From: Candidatus Kapaibacterium sp. | GTDB lineage: Bacteria; Bacteroidota; Ignavibacteria; Kapaibacteriales; UBA2268 | Assembly: GCA_026390695.1 (NCBI GenBank) | Contig: JAPLFL010000103.1 | Span: 8,963 to 72,962 of the forward strand | Direction: 5' to 3' | DNA: 64,000 nucleotides | Shown: one piece after another, positions 28,130 to 36,975 of the stretch | Layout of the letters: each line of letters starts with the position of its first letter | Position numbering within the stretch: position 1 is the stretch's first letter | Position numbers and translations under genes: made by a program | The notes under the pieces: model-generated | Databases searched by the model: none | What the model was told of the DNA's origin: nothing | Seen by the model: only the letters and a program-made list of their open reading frames with translations

Positions 28130-28525
28130 ATGAAAAAGATAATTTCATCAACATTGTTCTCTTGTGTTTTTTTATTGTTTATTAGTTGTTCCAATAATTC
28201 AACAAATACAATTAAGCCAGCTCCGATTGATACGTCATTGAAAATGATTTTTATTGAACTTGGTTCTGATAACTGTATCCCTTGCAAAGAAATGAGACCT
28301 GTAATGGACTCTATTCAAAAAAAATATGGAAGCCAAATCATTGTAAAGTTTATTGATGTGATTCGTAATAGTAAAGCTGCTGAACAATATAAAGTAATTG
28401 CAATGCCCACTCAGGTATTTCTTGATACAAATAATATTGAACTTCACAGACATATAGGTTTCTATACAGAAGACAGCATTCACTTGTTTATTCAGTCCAA
28501 AGGACTGAAAATAATTATTAATTAA
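28130..28525 (+). CDS. Thioredoxin-family lipoprotein
   Basis: Lipobox FISC, ELGSDNCIPCKEM, MPTQVF and RHIGF; ATG at 28130. Confidence 0.85.
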   Translation: MKKIISSTLFSCVFLLFISCSNNSTNTIKPAPIDTSLKMIFIELGSDNCIPCKEMRPVMDSIQKKYGSQIIVKFIDVIRNSKAAEQYKVIAMPTQVFLDTNNIELHRHIGFYTEDSIHLFIQSKGLKIIIN

Positions 28526-28537
28526 AGGTATTTTGAA

Positions 28538-29587
28538 ATGTTTAGTAAGTTTATCAAAAAAGACTCAATTTTTATAAAAAATAAAATTCTGATTCCAATA
28601 ATTTTATTACCAGTTTGGCTTATTCTCTATATTTATCTTGAACCTATAGTCAATGGAATGGTTTACAATACATTTGGAATGAACAAAATATCTCAAATAA
28701 CCGAAACAATAAGATTCTTCATTTATGAAGTTCCCAAAGTTCTGATGCTGCTTACTTTAATTGTATTTGTTGTGGGTATCATCCGTAGTTATTTTTCACC
28801 CGAAAAGACAAGAAAGGCACTTGAAGGAAAACCACTATTTGTTGGAAATATAATGGCAAGTTCACTTGGAATAGTTACTCCTTTCTGCTCATGTTCGGCA
28901 ATACCTCTGTTTCTTGGTTTTGTAGAGGCTGGAATACCGCTTGGAGTAACATTCTCTTTTTTAATTGCTGCACCAATGATAAATGAAGTGGCAATAGTTT
29001 TATTGTTTGGCTTATTTGGGTGGAAGACAGCATTAATTTACGTTTCAACGGGTTTATTCATCGCCATTTTTTCAGGATGGGTAATCGGAAAATTGAAATT
29101 AGAGAAATGGGTGGAACCTTGGGTTTATGAAATAAAAGCCGGAAATCTTACAATGGAAGAAGAGAAGTTGAATTTAAACCACAGAATTGATGCAGGTTTT
29201 ACGGCTGTTCGGGAAATCGTATCAAAAGTATGGATTTATATAATAATTGGTATTGCAATTGGGGCTGGAGCTCATGGATATGTACCAGCCGAATTCATGG
29301 CATCTTTTATGGGCAAAGATGTTTGGTATTCTGTTCCGCTGGCAGTTCTATTGGGTGTTCCAATGTATTCAAATGCAGCGGGAATAATTCCTATTGTTCA
29401 GGTGCTGCTCGAAAAAGGTGCTTCTTTGGGTACTTCTCTTGCCTTTATGATGGCTGTTATTGGCTTATCACTGCCCGAAACAATAATTTTGAAAAAAGTG
29501 TTGAAATATCCCTTAATCTTTACATTTGTGGGAATCGTTGCCACAGGTATAATGATTGTTGGATTCTTATTTAATTTGATTTTTTAA
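28538..29587 (+). CDS. ArsP/DUF318-family permease
   Basis: GIVTPFCSCSAIP, SFLIAAPMINE and VPMYSNAAG. Confidence 0.9.
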   Translation: MFSKFIKKDSIFIKNKILIPIILLPVWLILYIYLEPIVNGMVYNTFGMNKISQITETIRFFIYEVPKVLMLLTLIVFVVGIIRSYFSPEKTRKALEGKPLFVGNIMASSLGIVTPFCSCSAIPLFLGFVEAGIPLGVTFSFLIAAPMINEVAIVLLFGLFGWKTALIYVSTGLFIAIFSGWVIGKLKLEKWVEPWVYEIKAGNLTMEEEKLNLNHRIDAGFTAVREIVSKVWIYIIIGIAIGAGAHGYVPAEFMASFMGKDVWYSVPLAVLLGVPMYSNAAGIIPIVQVLLEKGASLGTSLAFMMAVIGLSLPETIILKKVLKYPLIFTFVGIVATGIMIVGFLFNLIF

Positions 29588-29616
29588 TATGTTAAACAAA
29601 AATTTGTGGTGAAAAA

Positions 29617-29859
29617 ATGGATATTCTTATTTTAGGCCCCGGTTGCATGAATTGCGTTACTCTCGAAAAAAGAGCCCGCACGGCCGTTCGAGAATTAAAT
29701 ATTAATGCTGAAATATTTAAAATTTCTGATTATGCAAAAATTGCTGAATATGGAGTGATGAAAACTCCGGCTATGGTTATTGATGAAAAAGTAATTTTTT
29801 ATGGCAAAGTACCATCTGTCGATGAATTGAAAGAATATATCACGAAAGGAGTGAACTGA
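29617..29859 (+). CDS. Small redox-active disulfide protein (MTH895/Thioredoxin_3 type)
   Basis: ILGPGCMNC..YGVMKTPAMVIDEKV..GKVPS. Confidence 0.9.
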   Translation: MDILILGPGCMNCVTLEKRARTAVRELNINAEIFKISDYAKIAEYGVMKTPAMVIDEKVIFYGKVPSVDELKEYITKGVN

Positions 29860-30275
29860 TGAGAAAATTCATTTTTAGTATCTCAATCTTTTTTCTGTTA
29901 TTTGCTTTCTCTTCTTCAATTAATGCACAAGAGAAAAAAGTTCGTATTGATGTTTTGTATTTCCATGCAACAACTCGTTGCCATGGCTGTCTCACGATAG
30001 AAGAATATATCAAGAACAGTATGAATGCTGTTTTTAGTATTGAAATGAAAGACAGCCTTATTGTTTCTTCCTCAATTGATTTTCAACAAACAGAAAATGA
30101 GCATTTTCAGGATGATTATAAATTTGAATCTCAAACATTAATTTTAAGCAAAAAAGTGAATGGAAAAGAAGTGAAATGGAAGAATCTTGATAAAATCTGG
30201 GATTATTCCTCAGATTATCAAAAATTTCAAAAGTATATCGAAGATGAAATTAATAAATTTATCAAAGAATCATAA
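29859..30275 (+). CDS. Exported ArsF-like thioredoxin-fold protein
   Basis: Signal peptide, then YFHATTRCHGCLTIE..KWKNLDKIW. Confidence 0.75.
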   Translation: MRKFIFSISIFFLLFAFSSSINAQEKKVRIDVLYFHATTRCHGCLTIEEYIKNSMNAVFSIEMKDSLIVSSSIDFQQTENEHFQDDYKFESQTLILSKKVNGKEVKWKNLDKIWDYSSDYQKFQKYIEDEINKFIKES

Positions 30276-30290
30276 AAAGGAGAAGTTATT

Positions 30291-30530
30291 ATGAACATCA
30301 AAATTCTTGGAACTGGATGTTCCAAATGTATCAATCTTGAAACGAAAGTAAAAGAAATTGTAAAACAAAATTCAATTGATGCCGAAATTCAAAAGGTATC
30401 TGAATTGCAAGACATTATGAAATATGGAATAATGTCCACTCCGGGATTAGTCATTAATGAGAAAGTAGTTAGTTTCGGTTCAGTTCCTAAAGATGCTCAA
30501 ATTCTGCAATGGATTAAGGAGGCAATGTAA
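30291..30530 (+). CDS. Small redox-active disulfide protein (MTH895 type), copy 2
   Basis: IKILGTGCSKC..YGIMSTPGLVINEKV. Confidence 0.9.
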   Translation: MNIKILGTGCSKCINLETKVKEIVKQNSIDAEIQKVSELQDIMKYGIMSTPGLVINEKVVSFGSVPKDAQILQWIKEAM

Positions 30531-30902
30531 ATGAAAAAGCTAATTATTACAAGTCTTATCTTTGTGCTAATAAGTGCATTGACAATGAATATTGAAGCAC
30601 AAACAAAGAAAGCAAAGATTACTTTTATTGAACTTGGTTCGGTTAATTGTATCCCTTGCAAAAAGATGCAACCAATTATGAAATCACTTGAAAAAAAATA
30701 TGGTGAGCAACTCAAAGTTATCTTCTATGATGTTTGGAAAAAGGAATATAAAGATAAAAGTAAAGAATACGGCGTTAAATTAATTCCAACACAAATATTT
30801 CAAGATGAAAATGGAAAAGAAATTCTTCGTCACGAAGGTTATTATCCTGAAGCTGATATTGATAAATTTTTGCAATCGAAAGGATTGAAGGTTTTGAAGT
30901 AG
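30531..30902 (+). CDS. Exported thioredoxin-family protein
   Basis: ELGSVNCIPCKKM, IPTQIF and RHEGY; paralogue of 28130-28525. Confidence 0.88.
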   Translation: MKKLIITSLIFVLISALTMNIEAQTKKAKITFIELGSVNCIPCKKMQPIMKSLEKKYGEQLKVIFYDVWKKEYKDKSKEYGVKLIPTQIFQDENGKEILRHEGYYPEADIDKFLQSKGLKVLK

Positions 30903-30945
30903 GGACGATGGACTTTTAATTGAAAGAAAATGACAAAAGCCGAAA

Positions 30946-31029
30946 AACCCCTCCCTAACCCTCCCCGAAGGGGAGGGAACAAAGCCACAATCCAATTCCC
31001 TCCCCTTCGGGGAGGGTTAGGGAGGGGTT
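30946..31029. repeat. Hairpin A: perfect 34-bp inverted repeat with 16-bp spacer
   Basis: AACCCCTCCCTAACCCTCCCCGAAGGGGAGGGAA (30946-30979) and its exact reverse complement (30996-31029). Confidence 0.95.
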
Positions 31030-31096
31030 CTTCGCTGATTATGAAGCTGTTCATCAATTTTAACAGCAACTATGTTAACTAATCCATTCACTTTTT

Positions 31097-31465
31097 ATGC
31101 GCTATATTCTAACAGACACATATACTTGGGACAAATTAAAAGGTTTTGTTCAGGAAAATCGCAAAGACCCAACTTATGCTGAACAAATCATTTGGACGAA
31201 TCTGAGAAGAAAGCAATTAGGATATCGCTTCAGAAGACAACATGCAATTTATAGATATATCGTTGATTTTGTATGTATTGAAAAGAAATTAATAATAGAA
31301 ATAGATGGAGATTCGCACGATGATAAACAAGAATATGATGCAGAAAGAGAAAAAGAATTAAGAGGAATGGGCTTTGATGTTCTTAGATTTACAAACGAAG
31401 AAGTGTTCCAAAATGGGAATAAAGTAATTGCAATAATTAAAGATAAATTAAATGAAAAAGAGTAA
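31097..31465 (+). CDS. DUF559 (Vsr-like/PD-(D/E)XK) endonuclease
   Basis: PTYAEQIIWTNLR, FRRQHAI..YIVDF, LIIEIDGDSH, DAERE and VLRFTNEEV. Confidence 0.92.
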   Translation: MRYILTDTYTWDKLKGFVQENRKDPTYAEQIIWTNLRRKQLGYRFRRQHAIYRYIVDFVCIEKKLIIEIDGDSHDDKQEYDAEREKELRGMGFDVLRFTNEEVFQNGNKVIAIIKDKLNEKE

Positions 31466-31512
31466 GAACAAGTTATTTGCTCAAATAGTGAGATTTGCGC
31501 TGAAACAAGCCC

Positions 31513-31602
31513 AAGAACCCCTCCCTAACCCTCCCCGAAGGGGAGGGAACAAAGCCACGATACAATTCCATCCCCTTCGGGGAGGGTTAGGGAGGGGTTC
31601 TT
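31513..31602. repeat. Hairpin B: direct copy of hairpin A
   Basis: Same 34-bp arms (one mismatch) and a similar spacer, 570 bp downstream of hairpin A. Confidence 0.95.
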
Positions 31603-31652
31603 CTGTGTGCTACGGAGATATCTTATAATAAAAACATTATGAAAGAACACTT

Positions 31653-32354
31653 ATGATTGAAACAATCTTCAACTCTCTCTCCGAACTGCTTTACGGCAAC
31701 TTCTGGCTCGCAACATTTTCAGCATTTGCTTGGGGAATATTAAGCATATTACTAAGTCCTTGCCATTTATCAAGTATTCCATTAATCGTCGGCTTTCTTA
31801 GTTCTCAAGGTGAAATAAGTTTAAAACGCACCTTCAACTTATCACTCGTATTTGCAATAGGAATACTAATCACAATTGCAATAATTGGAGCTATTACTCT
31901 CGCAATGGGACGTTTAATGGGTGATGTCGGCAAAATCGGGACATATCTTGTTGCTGTCATTTTCTTCGTAGTCGGATTATATTTATTGGATGTAATCCGA
32001 TTACCCTGGGACGGTGCAAAAATGAGCGGAACGAAATACAAAGGATTATTAGCAGCGCTCGTACTTGGACTAATATTCGGCATTGGACTCGGTCCCTGTG
32101 CCTTTGCATTCATGGCACCAGTTCTTGGAGTCGTGTTCCAAGTATCATCCACCGACATGATATTAGCAATAAGCCTCCTCGTTGCTTTTTCCATCGGACA
32201 TGCTTTTGTCATAGTTCTTGCCGGAACATTAACCAAGAAAGTTCAAAAATATTTAAACTGGACAGAAAATTCAAAAGTCAGTCGATATATAAAAAAGACT
32301 TGTGGAGTGCTGGTAATTATTGCAGGAATATATTTAATATATAATACTTTTTAA
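31653..32354 (+). CDS. ccdA: CcdA/DsbD-family disulfide transporter
   Basis: GILSILLSPCHLSSIPL and GIGLGPCAFAF, with six transmembrane segments. Confidence 0.9.
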   Translation: MIETIFNSLSELLYGNFWLATFSAFAWGILSILLSPCHLSSIPLIVGFLSSQGEISLKRTFNLSLVFAIGILITIAIIGAITLAMGRLMGDVGKIGTYLVAVIFFVVGLYLLDVIRLPWDGAKMSGTKYKGLLAALVLGLIFGIGLGPCAFAFMAPVLGVVFQVSSTDMILAISLLVAFSIGHAFVIVLAGTLTKKVQKYLNWTENSKVSRYIKKTCGVLVIIAGIYLIYNTF

Positions 32355-32396
32355 TAGGAATATGATTTCTCTTGCTTATTATGTAAAAAATATTTC

Positions 32397-32422
32397 GTAA
32401 TTTCGCTATTGAACGAATTGAC
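32397..32422. promoter_or_regulatory. Putative ArsR operator 2
   Basis: TAATTTCGCTATTGAACGAATTGACA, near-identical to the site upstream of arsR1. Confidence 0.6.
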
Positions 32423-32443
32423 AATTTAGAATATATTGAAATT

Positions 32444-32803
32444 ATGGAAAAATTACTTAAAATATTTAAAGCTCTATCTGATAAAAACCGTGTTAGAATT
32501 CTTTTGCTACTGACAAAGAAGAAGCTCTGTGTGTGCGAGATTCAAGACATTCTTGGTGTAACTGTTTCTACAGTTTCAAAACATTTATCAATATTGCGTG
32601 ATTGTGATTTTATTATTGATGAAAAAGATGGTAAATGGGTGAACTACAGCCTCAATACTGCTTCTAAAGATATTGTTTTAAATCAAATTCTATTAATTCT
32701 GCCTTTTTATCTAAATAATGATGAATTAATTCAATCCGATTTCGAAAAAGTAAATTCCGTTTGCAGAAAAAATTTATGCAACATTTTATTGAATATTTCG
32801 TAA
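32444..32803 (+). CDS. arsR: ArsR/SmtB metalloregulator, copy 2
   Basis: About 90% identical by eye to 24606-24950; LCVCEI motif. Confidence 0.92.
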   Translation: MEKLLKIFKALSDKNRVRILLLLTKKKLCVCEIQDILGVTVSTVSKHLSILRDCDFIIDEKDGKWVNYSLNTASKDIVLNQILLILPFYLNNDELIQSDFEKVNSVCRKNLCNILLNIS

Positions 32804-32838
32804 TACATTTCGTTGACTAAATAAATGAAAGCCAAAAA

Positions 32839-33258
32839 ATGAAAATTTTAATACTTTGCACAGGTAATTCATGTCGAAGCCAAATGGCTGAAGCTTTTTT
32901 GAAATCTTTTGATTCATCGCTTGAAGTGTATTCAGCCGGAACAAAACCAACAGAAGCTGTTCATCCATTGGCAATTAAAGTTATGAAAGAAAAAAGTATT
33001 GATTTAAGTAAAAATATTCCCAAATCCGTAGATAATTATCTAAATGAAAACTTTGATTTCGTAATTACGGTCTGTGGTGGAGCAAAAGAATCATGTCCTG
33101 CCTTTTTGGGAAATGTTAAGGAGAGGATTCATATTGGTTTTGACGACCCAGCAGAAGCAACAGGAACCGAGGAACAGATTTTAGGTGAATTTAGAAGAGT
33201 AAGAGATGAAATCCAGTATGAATTTACTCAATTTTACAAAATAATTATTAACAAATAA
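32839..33258 (+). CDS. arsC: Arsenate reductase, thioredoxin-dependent LMWP type
   Basis: ILCTGNSCRSQMAEA, VITVCGGAKESCP and GFDDPA. Confidence 0.93.
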   Translation: MKILILCTGNSCRSQMAEAFLKSFDSSLEVYSAGTKPTEAVHPLAIKVMKEKSIDLSKNIPKSVDNYLNENFDFVITVCGGAKESCPAFLGNVKERIHIGFDDPAEATGTEEQILGEFRRVRDEIQYEFTQFYKIIINK

Positions 33259-33270
33259 AAGGATTATATC

Positions 33271-34092
33271 ATGGATACAATGATTGACATTAAAGATGTC
33301 GTTAAAAAGAAATATGCCGAAATTGCAGTTTCAAATCAAGACTGCGGTTGTTCTTGCTGCGGGACAGATTCTGGAGCAACCTTTGATTATACCATAATGA
33401 GTGATGACTATTCAAAAATTGAAGGTTATTACTCCGAAGCCGATTTGGGCTTAGGATGTGGATTACCCACTGAATTTGCGGGAATTAAAGAATGTAATGT
33501 GGTTCTTGACTTAGGTTCAGGTGCAGGTAATGATGTATTTATTGCAAGAAGAATAGTTGGAGATTCTGGGAAAGTCATTGGTTTAGATTTTACTGATGAA
33601 ATGATTGACAAGGCAAGATTAAATTGTGATAAACTTGGCTACAATAATGTAGAGTTCCGTAAAGGGGATATTGAACAAATGCCAATTGGTGCTTGTACTA
33701 TTGATGTTGTAATAAGTAACTGTGTTTTAAATTTAGTGCCTGATAAGCAAAAAGCTTTTTCGGAAATTTATCGTGTTCTAAAACCGGGCGGACATTTCTG
33801 TGTATCGGATATTATAATAAAAGGAGAATTGCCAGAGAATCTATTGTCTGCTGCTGCTATGTACACAGGTTGTGTTGCTGGAGCATTGCAAAAAGACGAG
33901 TATTTGAAGATAATTTCAGATTCAGGTTTCACTGATATTGAAATTCCAAAAGAGAAAAGGATAAATATACCAGATGAAATTTTATTAGGTTTTATTAGTA
34001 ATGACGAACTGAATGCCTTTAAAACTTCAGGCGTTGAAATATTAAGTGCAACTGTTGTTGCAACAAAGCCAATAACTACTAATTGTTGTTAA
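33271..34092 (+). CDS. arsM: Arsenite S-adenosylmethionine methyltransferase
   Basis: LGLGCGLP, VLDLGSGAGND, DVVISNCVLNL and TGCVAGAL. Confidence 0.93.
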   Translation: MDTMIDIKDVVKKKYAEIAVSNQDCGCSCCGTDSGATFDYTIMSDDYSKIEGYYSEADLGLGCGLPTEFAGIKECNVVLDLGSGAGNDVFIARRIVGDSGKVIGLDFTDEMIDKARLNCDKLGYNNVEFRKGDIEQMPIGACTIDVVISNCVLNLVPDKQKAFSEIYRVLKPGGHFCVSDIIIKGELPENLLSAAAMYTGCVAGALQKDEYLKIISDSGFTDIEIPKEKRINIPDEILLGFISNDELNAFKTSGVEILSATVVATKPITTNCC

Positions 34093-34248
34093 TAATCATA
34101 GGAAAGAAATAAATAGATTATTTGTTTTTAAGAAAAGAAGGATTATGCAATGAAGCAATTTAAAAGAATGTTAATTGATATGCAAAATACTGCATACTTT
34201 CAAAATTATAAGTTTTCAATATTATTTAATTAATTTAAGGAGAATCAC

Positions 34249-34989
34249 ATGTTTAAGTTCAGAATCATCGTAGTTATTGCAGCTTTATTTGTTGCAAATT
34301 CATTTCTCACTCTTGCAAATTCGAAGCAAGACATCGACAAAGCCAACAAGAAAGGAAATTGTGTATTTCTTGTAGTTACTGAAAAAGGAATTAGTCAAAT
34401 TCAGGAGGCATTAAAACTTGCAAATGAAGCACAAAAATTGTATGCGAAGTCAGAAGTTTTAGAATTAGACCGAGCGAATTCAGAAAATGCAGAATTAGTT
34501 AAAAAATATCGTTTGGCAGGTGCACCTTTACCGCTAATTATTGTCATTGCTACAAACGGGTTTGTTGCTGGAGGTGCTCCGTTACAAGGATTAACTGCTG
34601 ATGCACTTGTCAATATGGTTCCAAGTGCAAAAGAAGAAAAAATAATCAAAGCTATGAATAATGGACATTCTGCTTTCGTTGTTTTCTCTAAAAAATCGGA
34701 TACAAAAAATAAAAAACAGATTGATGCTTGCCAAAAAGCGTGTACTAACATGGGAGACAAAGCAGTAACTGTGAATGTGGATATAGATGATGCAAACGAA
34801 AAGTCATTAATAGCCAAATTCAAAGTTGATAAAAATGCTTCTTTTCCTGTTACCTACGTTTTAAATGCTCAAGGACAGATAGCCTCCACTTTTAATGGAA
34901 TTACCGAAGCAACAAGTTTAGTTACTGCTGCCAATAAAAAAGTAAGTAGCGGTTGTTGCCCTCCGGGTGGTGGCAAGACTTGCAAATAG
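34249..34989 (+). CDS. Exported two-domain thioredoxin-like protein with Cys-rich tail
   Basis: Signal peptide, two similar halves, C-terminus SGCCPPGGGKTCK. Confidence 0.6.
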   Translation: MFKFRIIVVIAALFVANSFLTLANSKQDIDKANKKGNCVFLVVTEKGISQIQEALKLANEAQKLYAKSEVLELDRANSENAELVKKYRLAGAPLPLIIVIATNGFVAGGAPLQGLTADALVNMVPSAKEEKIIKAMNNGHSAFVVFSKKSDTKNKKQIDACQKACTNMGDKAVTVNVDIDDANEKSLIAKFKVDKNASFPVTYVLNAQGQIASTFNGITEATSLVTAANKKVSSGCCPPGGGKTCK

Positions 34990-35020
34990 ACTGTTTTTTC
35001 ATTAATAAAAGAATCAAAGT

Positions 35021-36238
35021 ATGAAAATATACAAATTAGTATTAATTGAACTTTGGCATAGAAAGTCTCAATTGATAACTGCGCTATTAGCTATAACACT
35101 TGGAATAGGTGTTATTGTTGGAATTCGTTCTGTCGCTGTTGTATCAGAAAAAGCTGTTGCTATTAATCTTGATAATTTGGGTGCAAATATCCTGGTTCTT
35201 CCTCAAGGAACAACTATAGATAATTACTATTCTGCCGATATTGACGCTCCTACATTTCCTGAAGAATTTGTCGAAAAAATAAGAACATCAACTTTATCGG
35301 GTGTAGATAACATTTCACCGAAGCTTACAAGAAGAATAAAACTTAACAATCAAAGTGTTGTTCTTACCGGAATTTTGCCTTCAAATGAAATAGCTGCAAA
35401 ACCTACCTGGCAGACATCAGGTCTGACTGGTCAAGCATTAAAAGCAACTTGTGATACAAGTGCAGCCAATAAATCACATGGTTTTGAAGATACAAAACTT
35501 CAGAGAAAACCAATCGAATCCTTGCAACAAAATGAATGCATCGTTGGTGCGAACATTGCAAAATTATTGAAGTTAAAACAAGGAGACCGAATTGATATTC
35601 TTGAAAATGACTTCACTGTATTCAATGTTTTAGAAGAAACAGGCACTATTGACGATGACCGTATCTTTGCACACTTACATACAGTTCAAAAAATCACCGG
35701 AATAGAAAACCAAGTTAGTGTTATTGAGATTATGGGATGCTGCAATGCCATAAGTGAAGGTTTGCTCGGTAAACTCAGGAATATCTTACCAGACACTAAA
35801 ATTACTACAATTAATCAAATTGTTTCAACTCAGATAAAAACAAACCAATTGATGAACAAGATTTCTATTATTTTCCTAATAATTATTTTATTCGTAGGTG
35901 GAATTTCAATTGGTAATTCAATTTGGGCTAATGTTAATGAAAGAAAAAAAGAATTAGGTACATTGAGAATGATAGGGTTTACGAAAAGTAAAATTTATCA
36001 AATATTATTAATGAAAGCTGGCATTCTTGGTGTCATTGGTGGTATCTTAGGTTATCTTGTGGGTACACTTTCTGGTGTTGTTCTTGGCCCTCAATTAGCT
36101 GGTTTGAACATTCAGCCGATACCAATTTATCTACTTTGGTCTGTTTTACTTTCAATTTTAATTTCTCTTTTGGGCTCAATAATTCCTGCATATTTGGCAG
36201 GGAAAATTGAACCATACAAAATTATGCAGGAGGCTTGA
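35021..36238 (+). CDS. MacB/FtsX-family ABC permease
   Basis: DNLGANILVLP, NVNERKKELGTLRMIGF and SIIPAYLA; periplasmic MGCCN. Confidence 0.88.
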   Translation: MKIYKLVLIELWHRKSQLITALLAITLGIGVIVGIRSVAVVSEKAVAINLDNLGANILVLPQGTTIDNYYSADIDAPTFPEEFVEKIRTSTLSGVDNISPKLTRRIKLNNQSVVLTGILPSNEIAAKPTWQTSGLTGQALKATCDTSAANKSHGFEDTKLQRKPIESLQQNECIVGANIAKLLKLKQGDRIDILENDFTVFNVLEETGTIDDDRIFAHLHTVQKITGIENQVSVIEIMGCCNAISEGLLGKLRNILPDTKITTINQIVSTQIKTNQLMNKISIIFLIIILFVGGISIGNSIWANVNERKKELGTLRMIGFTKSKIYQILLMKAGILGVIGGILGYLVGTLSGVVLGPQLAGLNIQPIPIYLLWSVLLSILISLLGSIIPAYLAGKIEPYKIMQEA

Positions 36239-36239
36239 C

Positions 36240-36911
36240 ATGTTAATAGAAACAAAAGGATTATCAAAGTTCTATCAACATAAAGACGGTTTGATAGAAG
36301 CAGTAAAAGAGATTGATTTAGGATTCAAACAAGGTGATTTTGTAACCATAACAGGCCCCTCTGGTTCAGGTAAAACAACTTTGTTGCTTTTACTTGCTGG
36401 TTTGATAAGACCAACATCAGGAACTATACAATTTCAGAATTATAAATTACATTCGGCAAGTGATAATCAATTAGCAGGAATAAGAAGTAAGCATATAGGC
36501 TTTATAATGCAGAATTTCAGTTTAATACCATATTTAACTGTTTTGAATAATGTTCTTATACCCTTATCTTTAAACCAAAATGGTGAAAGTTCAAATTACG
36601 ATTATGCAATTAATCTTCTCGAAAAAGTTGGTTTGAAGGATAGGATGAATCATTTACCTAAAGAACTATCGGCTGGTCAACAACAAAGAGTTGCTATTGC
36701 AAGAGCATTAGTTAACAAACCTAATTTAATTTTGGCAGATGAACCTACTGGAAATCTTGACCCTGCATTAGCCATTGAAATATTAGAGGTGCTTAAACAA
36801 ATTAACATAGAGAATCAGATTACTATTGCTATGGTTACACATAGCCCTACAGCTTCTGAATATGGAAACATCAGAGTTCATATTAATAATGGTTGTATCC
36901 AAGAGTTTTAA
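36240..36911 (+). CDS. ABC transporter ATPase (MacB/LolD type)
   Basis: GPSGSGKTT, LSAGQQQRVAIARAL, ILADEPTGNLD and VTH. The ATG at 36240 follows AGGAGG. Confidence 0.92.
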   Translation: MLIETKGLSKFYQHKDGLIEAVKEIDLGFKQGDFVTITGPSGSGKTTLLLLLAGLIRPTSGTIQFQNYKLHSASDNQLAGIRSKHIGFIMQNFSLIPYLTVLNNVLIPLSLNQNGESSNYDYAINLLEKVGLKDRMNHLPKELSAGQQQRVAIARALVNKPNLILADEPTGNLDPALAIEILEVLKQINIENQITIAMVTHSPTASEYGNIRVHINNGCIQEF

Positions 36912-36975
36912 TACAAATTAATATTATTAAGGAAATCACTTTTATATAATTCATTACTTTATTAAAAGGCAAATA

